A stretch of 64,000 nucleotides of DNA from IMG/VR virus record IMGVR_UViG_3300033995_001164, positions 124,001-188,000 of that record. One strand, given 5' to 3'. A program made the position numbers and the translations under genes. The notes below the pieces were generated by a model. It searched no databases, was not told the DNA's origin, and worked only from the letters and a program-made list of their open reading frames with translations. Of this stretch, positions 56,969-64,000 are shown piece after piece. Numbering within the stretch: the stretch's first letter is position 1; the number at the start of each line of letters is the position of its first letter.

Positions 56969-57775
56969 ATGGAAAACAAATTATCACTTTCAATTATATT
57001 ACCAATCAAATCTTCAAAAGTAAAAGACTTTGAAGACTATTTTAATAAGGCAATTGAGTCTATTAAAAATCAACAAGTCAGTATTGAAGAATTAGTAATA
57101 GTACATACTCCTGAAGAATCATTAGTGTCTTTCATTAGCGGATACGACTTTGGAGAATTAAAGATTAATAAATTAGTTTGGGATAAAGACCCGAGTTATA
57201 TGGACCAAGTTAACCATGGTATTAAAAACGCTAAAGGTGAGTGGATTTCATTATTTGAGTTTGATGATGAATATTCTTCAATTTGGTTTAAAAATGTTAA
57301 AAAATATACAGAATCTTACCCCGAAATACAAATGTTTTTACCGGTAGTTGTTGAGACTGACGATAAAGGAGTGTTCGCAGGATTCACCAATGAGGCTACT
57401 TTTGCGGCAAATTTTACACAAGAGATGGGATTTTTGACAAATGAAACATTGCAGAATTATCAAAATTTCCAAACTGCCGGGTCAGTTTTTAAAAAAGAAA
57501 TTATTGAAGATTTTGGAGGATTTAAATCGTCAATTAAATTAACATTTATCTATGAATTTTTATTAAGGTTAACTTATAATTCAGTTTCAATTATGACCAT
57601 CCCAAAGCTTGGATACAAACATATTAATATGAGAGAAGGTTCTATTTTTTGGAACTATAAGTTTGGTGAATCAGTAATGACTGAAGATGAGGTAAAATTT
57701 TGGATTCAAACGGCAAAACGAGAATACTTTTTCGTTGAGGATAGAGCCATAAAGTATGAACCATTAAATGAGTAA
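56969..57775 (+). CDS. GT2-like glycosyltransferase
   Basis: SIILPI...NHGIKNAKGEWISLFEFDD. Start moved to ATG 56969, just after the upstream stop. Confidence 0.75.
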   Translation: MENKLSLSIILPIKSSKVKDFEDYFNKAIESIKNQQVSIEELVIVHTPEESLVSFISGYDFGELKINKLVWDKDPSYMDQVNHGIKNAKGEWISLFEFDDEYSSIWFKNVKKYTESYPEIQMFLPVVVETDDKGVFAGFTNEATFAANFTQEMGFLTNETLQNYQNFQTAGSVFKKEIIEDFGGFKSSIKLTFIYEFLLRLTYNSVSIMTIPKLGYKHINMREGSIFWNYKFGESVMTEDEVKFWIQTAKREYFFVEDRAIKYEPLNE

Positions 57776-58522
57776 ATGCAAGAAACTCTATCTGCGTCAA
57801 CAGAAGATGTTTTATCGAAAAAAAGAGGTAGGAAAACCGTTAATTTAAACTATTTTGATGTAAGAGAAGAATTAGCCGTAAGGAATTTTTTAATTGCGGA
57901 AACCTTTGAGGAAAAAAATAAAATTTATAATGAATTTTTAAGAGGGCCTTTAGATAAAATGATATCTTCTATTATTAGACGATACAAATTATATCGTAAA
58001 GATATGAATTTTACTGAAATTCATACGGACACTCACTCATTTTTGATGACAAAAGTTGATAAATTCAAACCATCAAAAGAGAAAAAAGCGTATTCGTATT
58101 TTGGTACCATTTGTAAAAATTATTTAATGGGTCAAATAATTAAAGACCAAAAAGAAACTAATAGGAGAGTATCTTATGAAGACATTTCCACCAGTATTGA
58201 AGAAAGACCGGATATGATTTATAGAATTGATGATGATATTGTTGAAAGTCATGCCATCATCAATGAGTATCTTAAGGAATTAAAAGACTTCATTGAGAAA
58301 GAATCATTAAACGATAATGAAAAAAAATTAGGTTACGCTCTTATTGATTTATTTGATAATTATGAACAGATTTTTTCAGGGGCGGATAATAACAAATTTA
58401 ATAAAAATGTTATACTTCTTTCGTTAAGAGAAATGACTAACTTGAGTACTAAAGAAATTCGTAGTTCAATTAAACGATTTAAAAAACTTTACCTAATTAT
58501 TCAGGTAAAAATGAAAAACTAA
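57776..58522 (+). CDS. Putative late sigma factor (T4 gp55-like)
   Basis: 248 aa; KVDKFKPSKEKKAYSYFGTICKNYL resembles the sigma region 2 F.P....AFAYFT.I pattern of gp55. Confidence 0.65.
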   Translation: MQETLSASTEDVLSKKRGRKTVNLNYFDVREELAVRNFLIAETFEEKNKIYNEFLRGPLDKMISSIIRRYKLYRKDMNFTEIHTDTHSFLMTKVDKFKPSKEKKAYSYFGTICKNYLMGQIIKDQKETNRRVSYEDISTSIEERPDMIYRIDDDIVESHAIINEYLKELKDFIEKESLNDNEKKLGYALIDLFDNYEQIFSGADNNKFNKNVILLSLREMTNLSTKEIRSSIKRFKKLYLIIQVKMKN

Positions 58523-58541
58523 ATGGGAAGTATTTATTAAT

Positions 58542-58907
58542 ATGGCAAGACCTACAAGAAAAGAAATTAATTTTTCAAAAGACTCTATATTATCTCTTAT
58601 GCAAGAAATCTACAATGAACTTGTTGAGCAAAGACAAACCGCGATTAGAATTCAAAACAAAATGTTGGCAATGTTGAAGGACCCTTCCGATATGATTACT
58701 ATTGGTCCGGTAATTGAAAAACAACAAAAAATTGTTAATGATTGCGTCGAGAAAAAAATTAGTCTTTCTAAACTACAGTCAAGTATTTGGGAAAAATCTA
58801 GTAATAATACTGAGTCATTTTCAATGGCTGACTTAGACGATGATTTAATACAGAATCTTATTGAAAAGGATGTTTCTGATGATTTGGAAACATATAAAAT
58901 GAAATAA
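58542..58907 (+). CDS. Hypothetical coiled-coil protein
   Basis: 121 aa; TATTTAT at 58531. Confidence 0.8.
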   Translation: MARPTRKEINFSKDSILSLMQEIYNELVEQRQTAIRIQNKMLAMLKDPSDMITIGPVIEKQQKIVNDCVEKKISLSKLQSSIWEKSSNNTESFSMADLDDDLIQNLIEKDVSDDLETYKMK

Positions 58908-58913
58908 GATATT

Positions 58914-60983
58914 ATGGCAATACCTGATTTAGTAAATTCTGAACAAAAAATTCAAAGTAGACTTAACGCAATTAAGACATTTAATGATGTGTCTCAATCG
59001 GAAAAGTCTTTAATTAAAAATGCGGGTAATTCATTATCTAAATCTACCGCAGAAATATCGACACAACTTAATAAAATTAAAGACTTACAAAAAAGGTATT
59101 TAAAAGACCCTCTAAATTCAACTGACAAATTATTAAATTTTTTAGGGACAACTAAAGGAAATGGGTCTGAGTCATTAGGATACCTTAAAAAAAAAGTACT
59201 CGAAGTTGCGGTTAAAATTGAACCAACAATTGCAGCAATAGTTAAAGAACAAACAATTAAGGCTTTGGGGTGTTCTCAGGAACAAACCTATACAGGTTTT
59301 AATCTTAACGGACTTCAAATAAGTCCATTATCCACATTACCTCAATCTGAAGGTATTTACATTCCTATACAATCGATTGATTTCTTTTCTAATTTAAAAA
59401 ATTCACCAGACACTAAATTTGGTAAAATGTTTTATGAAAAACCGGTTCCGTCCGCTAGTACGATATTTAAACCGTATGGTGGGACAAAGTCATTTCCAAT
59501 GAACAAACAAATGTATCAACTTACCGAGACTCAAAATTTAGGTAAATCATTTTCACAAATTAACGGTAAAAATTACTTAGGTAAATCCGGTCAAAATTTA
59601 TTTGATTTCCAATACACTAAACAAAATAGCTTTCAAGTAACCGGAGATTATTATAGAGTATTGTTACTTAATCGAGAAAATAATATAAATAATGTTGGTG
59701 AATTTTTATCGGATTATTATAGTACTATTAAATTAATTGACCCAGTTGATGTTGGAATGCAATTAGTTAATATTGTTTCAGGCGCAATCAGTATAAATTC
59801 TCAAATTGGTAGTGGGGAAATAACTAATCAATCAAAATTTATGCTAATCGCTCAACGAATTTTAGGACTTTGTTTTGATTCAAGGCAAGAAATTGATGTT
59901 AGTGGTACCGCTAAAATTGCGGAATTAGATGGGGTTGATGATAGTTTTTTTGAATTAACGGAGATTGATTTAAGAAATATAGAAATTGAAATTTCAAATA
60001 TTCAAAACGGGGTAATGGAATTTGTTGATTGTGATAACGTTAAATTACCTGTTGATACAGAATCATTGGTTTCTCAGCTTGTTGATTTTCGAGATAATGT
60101 TGATAATCAAACAACTGAACAACAAGTTAACACTATTAATACAATTGTTAATTCAATTTCACAAAACCCTCAGTGGTCTCTGATGATTCCATCTAATTTT
60201 AATGCTAGTGTTGCAATTGATAAAAATATAATTAAAAAAATACCTTTGGCGGTTGCATCTGGAGTTTTATCTCCCAAAGTCTTATTACCACTTTATACTT
60301 TACTCTCAGTTGTTCAATCAGGGGCGACCTATACTTATAACCAACAGGTAACTTCAGTAAATCAAGTTATTCAATCAGGTAATAGTAATACAACACAAGG
60401 GAGTAATATTGTTGCAGATGGTGCTGATTTTTTAAAGAAATATAAAAAATTCTCAATCGAAGTTATATCTTTAATTAATAGCGAATTCTTAAAAGTGTTA
60501 TTTCAAGAATTAAAAAAAGATATTTTAAATTTAGTCGTATTAATTTTAAAGGATGTGACAAAATCTCAAAGATTAAAAAAATACGCAATTATTTTAAAAT
60601 TAGTTCAGTTGGCATTAATTGTATCACAACTAATCAATGACTATCGAAAATGTAAGTCATTAATGAGTAACATTTTATTATTACTTAACACAATTAACGG
60701 ATTAGGTCCTAAACAATTAATTAGTAGGAATGCTATACCCCTACCATTATTATACATGGCTCAATTTTTACCGGGATTTTCACCTGAAAGAGCTTCGATT
60801 AATACTATTGAATTACTACAAGGGATAGGAATACCAACAGGTACATTACCTGACGGTTCCCCGAATTTAATGTTATTATATAATTTAATGGCGAATAAAG
60901 GTGTTGATACGGAAAGAGCAGAAAATGAATGGGTGCAAGTCGCCATTACAAGTCCCGCCACAGGTGTCGGAAAACCAGTATAA
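58914..60983 (+). CDS. Hypothetical large (probably structural) protein
   Basis: 689 aa ORF in an operon with the spike gene. Confidence 0.8.
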   Translation: MAIPDLVNSEQKIQSRLNAIKTFNDVSQSEKSLIKNAGNSLSKSTAEISTQLNKIKDLQKRYLKDPLNSTDKLLNFLGTTKGNGSESLGYLKKKVLEVAVKIEPTIAAIVKEQTIKALGCSQEQTYTGFNLNGLQISPLSTLPQSEGIYIPIQSIDFFSNLKNSPDTKFGKMFYEKPVPSASTIFKPYGGTKSFPMNKQMYQLTETQNLGKSFSQINGKNYLGKSGQNLFDFQYTKQNSFQVTGDYYRVLLLNRENNINNVGEFLSDYYSTIKLIDPVDVGMQLVNIVSGAISINSQIGSGEITNQSKFMLIAQRILGLCFDSRQEIDVSGTAKIAELDGVDDSFFELTEIDLRNIEIEISNIQNGVMEFVDCDNVKLPVDTESLVSQLVDFRDNVDNQTTEQQVNTINTIVNSISQNPQWSLMIPSNFNASVAIDKNIIKKIPLAVASGVLSPKVLLPLYTLLSVVQSGATYTYNQQVTSVNQVIQSGNSNTTQGSNIVADGADFLKKYKKFSIEVISLINSEFLKVLFQELKKDILNLVVLILKDVTKSQRLKKYAIILKLVQLALIVSQLINDYRKCKSLMSNILLLLNTINGLGPKQLISRNAIPLPLLYMAQFLPGFSPERASINTIELLQGIGIPTGTLPDGSPNLMLLYNLMANKGVDTERAENEWVQVAITSPATGVGKPV

Positions 60984-60984
60984 T

Positions 60985-61191
60985 ATGAAAAAAGAAGAAT
61001 TTGAAAATATAATTAAGGAGCAATCTAATCTCAAAAACTTACCTAACCAAAAATTAGTTGAGTTCATGGATTTACTATCTTCAGATTTTGAAGGTACTAA
61101 ACAAAGTATAATAAACTCAACACTTTATTTAGATAAAGTCGAGGAGTTATATAATAACACTTTAAAAGTTTATCAAGAAAGAACTAAATAA
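60985..61191 (+). CDS. Hypothetical small helical protein
   Basis: MKKEEFENIIKEQ... (68 aa). Start moved to ATG 60985, right after the upstream stop. Confidence 0.7.
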   Translation: MKKEEFENIIKEQSNLKNLPNQKLVEFMDLLSSDFEGTKQSIINSTLYLDKVEELYNNTLKVYQERTK

Positions 61192-62711
61192 TGAGTAAAC
61201 CTATATTTTATCAATGTATTGTCTTAGATAATCAAGACCCTCTAATGCTTGGGAGAGTAAGGGCTAGAATAGTTACGGACAATTACGAAGATATTCTTAA
61301 GAGTATTGATAGTCCTAAATGGAATCCTGAAAAAGACCCATGGACTTCAAGGGACCCGTTAGTGTTTAATTCATTATTACCTTATTTTGTTTATCAAGTT
61401 CCAAAGGTTGACGAGTTAATTCAAGTAATGTTTTTAAATGTTGATTTTAAATATCAAAATCAATATTACGTTCAGAATAATTTCTCAAGTCCGACATCCA
61501 CATTTAAAGAATTTAATTTTGGTGCAAATAAATTCACTGGGACCGGTTTTCAGATTGAGAACCCAAGACCACTAAAAAATCAAAATGGGACTTACACCGA
61601 TAATGGTATTCATGAGGGGGTATTTCCTCAACCAGGTGATAACGCTTTATTAGGACGTGGTAGTGCCGATATTGTTATAAAACAAGATGAGGTTTTATTA
61701 AGGGCGGGAAAATTTAAAGGTGAAACATTACAACCGAATGTAGTACCTGTCGGTAATTCTCAAAGAGGATTTTTCCAACTTACCAAATTTAATAGTGTTA
61801 AACAAAGTTTGGCACCAAAAACTTATTTTGAACTTAAAGAAAATGTTCTTTTAACCAAATATCTAATAGAATGGGTTGTTAATAATCCTGAAAATAGTCA
61901 AGATAAGTTTGGAGGTTCCGTTTATTTATATCAATTAAAATCAGATATTTCTGTTAATACAAAAAATTTAACAGTTGGTAGTCCTATTAATGAAAATCTA
62001 AAACAATTAATAACAACACAAGATTTTTCATTATTAACTAAATCGGACACAATTAAATTCATTAACGCATTTATTAAAAAATGTAATGATAAAAGTCCTT
62101 CAATTGGGGGAGTTGTAACTTTTTCATCTAATGCTCAAGACACCAATTTCCCAATATTTTTTAGACCATCAAATTCAATGTATTCATTAATTAATTCAAC
62201 CTCATCTAGCATTGAATCAATTAATATTTCTCAAATATATAAAGAGGTTAAATTAAACTCTGCAGACCCAGGAGGTTATGGATTTATTTATGTTAAAGGT
62301 AAAGTGACTTTACGTACTCCTTTAGTTCCTGTTAAAGTAGTTGTCCCACAAGATACTTATATTAGTACAGAGTCAACATATGGCGCTATTGGTGCGGATA
62401 AATTATATTTGTTGTCTCATCTATCTCAAATACCGGGTAAATCAAAAATAAATTTTGATAATACATTATATGGAATTGATACTAAAAAATTCGCAGATGA
62501 CATTGAACCTAATACTTCAAGTATGGTTAGAGGTGAAGAACTTTTAGAATTAATCAGTTTAATTGTTAGATTCTTGGTTAGTCACACACACGCTTATCCA
62601 GGATTACCCCCTGTTAATGTCACTCAAGATGGTTCTAACGTTGCAAACATACTTACTGAAATGCAAAATGCCTATACTAAAATACTTAATGAAAATATTC
62701 GACTTAATTGA
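61191..62711 (+). CDS. Baseplate hub/central spike (gp5/VgrG-like)
   Basis: N-terminal OB-fold motif VLDNQDPLMLGRVRARI; C-terminal VRGEEL...SHTH (HxH) spike-tip motif. Confidence 0.7.
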   Translation: MSKPIFYQCIVLDNQDPLMLGRVRARIVTDNYEDILKSIDSPKWNPEKDPWTSRDPLVFNSLLPYFVYQVPKVDELIQVMFLNVDFKYQNQYYVQNNFSSPTSTFKEFNFGANKFTGTGFQIENPRPLKNQNGTYTDNGIHEGVFPQPGDNALLGRGSADIVIKQDEVLLRAGKFKGETLQPNVVPVGNSQRGFFQLTKFNSVKQSLAPKTYFELKENVLLTKYLIEWVVNNPENSQDKFGGSVYLYQLKSDISVNTKNLTVGSPINENLKQLITTQDFSLLTKSDTIKFINAFIKKCNDKSPSIGGVVTFSSNAQDTNFPIFFRPSNSMYSLINSTSSSIESINISQIYKEVKLNSADPGGYGFIYVKGKVTLRTPLVPVKVVVPQDTYISTESTYGAIGADKLYLLSHLSQIPGKSKINFDNTLYGIDTKKFADDIEPNTSSMVRGEELLELISLIVRFLVSHTHAYPGLPPVNVTQDGSNVANILTEMQNAYTKILNENIRLN

Positions 62712-62732
62712 TATTTATAATTAAAAAGATAG

Positions 62733-64000
62733 ATGTCAATTTTAAGGTCTTATATAGATAAAAACAATACCATTATTTCAAACTCTTATGTTAATACAGG
62801 AAGGAACCCTGTTATTGAGTTAAATTTTGGTGCTTCTGATTTAATTGTTCCAAACTTTGGGTATACGAGATTCATCTTCGATTTAGATTTATCTTTACTA
62901 CGTCAAAACATTCAATCGGGTGTAATCTCAACAGGTTGTACTACCGGAATGACACATACATTAAACATGACTAATACCTCTTCATTTGATAACGAATTAT
63001 TAAATACTTTCATGTCAAACGAAAGAAGAAGGGCAACCTCATTTGATTTAATCCTATTTAGAATCCCTGAGATTTCCGGAACTACCGGAGGACCTCAACT
63101 ATGGGATGAAGGTGTTGGATTTGATTATAGTGATTTTAATGTTAGTAAAGGAACCTCAAATGGTTCTTCAACCCCACTTACCTATGTTGATAGTCGTGCA
63201 TATTCGTCAAGACCATCTAACTGGTTTCAAACAACCACAATAGATAATTGGTCTCAACCGGGAATATATGACAACACTAATCAAGGGGTTGTTAATTATT
63301 CGGGATTAACTATTGTTAGTCGACAACATTTTGAATTAGGTAATGAAGACTTATATATGGATATGTCCGCCGAAATTAATGGAGTGTTAAATGGAAGTAT
63401 CACAGGAGTTACCGGGTGGGGATTGGCGTATCTCCCTCAAATTGAGAATATTTCAGGTCTTACCGATAGTTATAGTGTTGCATTCTTTTCAAGACAAACC
63501 CAGACGTTTTACCAACCATTCCTACAAACAACATATAATGATTTAATTCAAGACGATAGAAATCAATTTCTAAAAAACCAAGTTAATAAACTTTATCTAT
63601 ATATCTACCAAAATGGGAATTTTGTAAATTTAGATAGAAACCCTATTGTAAACGTTTATACTCGAGATAATTCACTTTGGTCAGGTGCGACCGGATTAAC
63701 TTCTTGTCTAATTACAAAAGGAATATATGAAGTCACTATTCCTAATGTATTTTCAGGATGTGCCGCCCCATGTGTTTTTTACGATGTATGGTCAAACCTT
63801 TCAATAAATGGACAAGGAATACCAAATGTAGAAAATCAATTTATTCTCCAAGAATATACTTCAGGAATACAAATTGGGTCAACATCTAAGGAGCCTCAAA
63901 AATATGGATTTAATTTTTATGGTATATTACAAAATGAAAATATCCTTAATACCGACATCAGGAAAGTTGGGGTAACCATTAAAAAGGCGTATACCGCTCA
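62733..64000 (+). CDS. Virion/baseplate-associated hypothetical protein (3' end outside window)
   Basis: Not in the ORF track. ATG 62733 follows TATTTAT (62712); reads MSILRSYIDKNNTIISNSYVNTGRNPVIELNFG...YTRFIFDLDL. Confidence 0.75.
   Translation, partial: MSILRSYIDKNNTIISNSYVNTGRNPVIELNFGASDLIVPNFGYTRFIFDLDLSLLRQNIQSGVISTGCTTGMTHTLNMTNTSSFDNELLNTFMSNERRRATSFDLILFRIPEISGTTGGPQLWDEGVGFDYSDFNVSKGTSNGSSTPLTYVDSRAYSSRPSNWFQTTTIDNWSQPGIYDNTNQGVVNYSGLTIVSRQHFELGNEDLYMDMSAEINGVLNGSITGVTGWGLAYLPQIENISGLTDSYSVAFFSRQTQTFYQPFLQTTYNDLIQDDRNQFLKNQVNKLYLYIYQNGNFVNLDRNPIVNVYTRDNSLWSGATGLTSCLITKGIYEVTIPNVFSGCAAPCVFYDVWSNLSINGQGIPNVENQFILQEYTSGIQIGSTSKEPQKYGFNFYGILQNENILNTDIRKVGVTIKKAYTA

Noticed and set aside
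1-64000. Alternative genetic code (TAG or TGA read-through)
   Set aside because: Conserved genes are full length and densely packed under code 11, and TGA ends several genes at overlap junctions.
1-64000. tRNA, rRNA or group I/II intron
   Set aside because: Intergenic gaps are short, no cloverleaf or intron core was recognised, and polB and the structural genes are uninterrupted; tRNAscan/Infernal were not run.

Overview
This window is a 64 kb segment of an AT-rich (about 30% GC by eye) large tailed-phage genome with a T4-like contractile tail, read in the standard genetic code. Order of modules: baseplate/tail morphogenesis (1-16.6 kb: tube-initiator-like giant protein, tape measure, tail assembly chaperone, tube, sheath, tail terminator); neck genes with an intein-containing SNF2-type helicase (16.6-24 kb); a family B DNA polymerase flanked by two homologous RHH+HNH cassettes (24-28.8 kb); six glycosyltransferase-type genes co-oriented with Pro/Thr-rich and Gly-repeat fibre/adhesin genes (28.8-42.5 kb); small hypotheticals including a WYL protein (42.5-46.3 kb); a second glycosyltransferase/nucleotide-metabolism block with PhoH and a gp55-like sigma factor (46.3-58.5 kb); and baseplate spike genes (58.5-64 kb). 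Top leads: (1) a dUTPase gene broken by a naturally split intein (IntN 91 aa with an atypical block B, IntC 36 aa) with a free-standing endonuclease gene between the halves; (2) a candidate mucin-type virion O-glycosylation system (GT60-like enzyme next to PT-repeat fibres); (3) a probable +1/-2 programmed frameshift in the tail chaperone; (4) twin RHH-HNH cassettes; (5) a TATTTAT motif just upstream of about 15 gene starts. No tRNA, rRNA, CRISPR array, terminase or major capsid gene was seen. All family assignments come from motif recognition by eye; no database searches were run.
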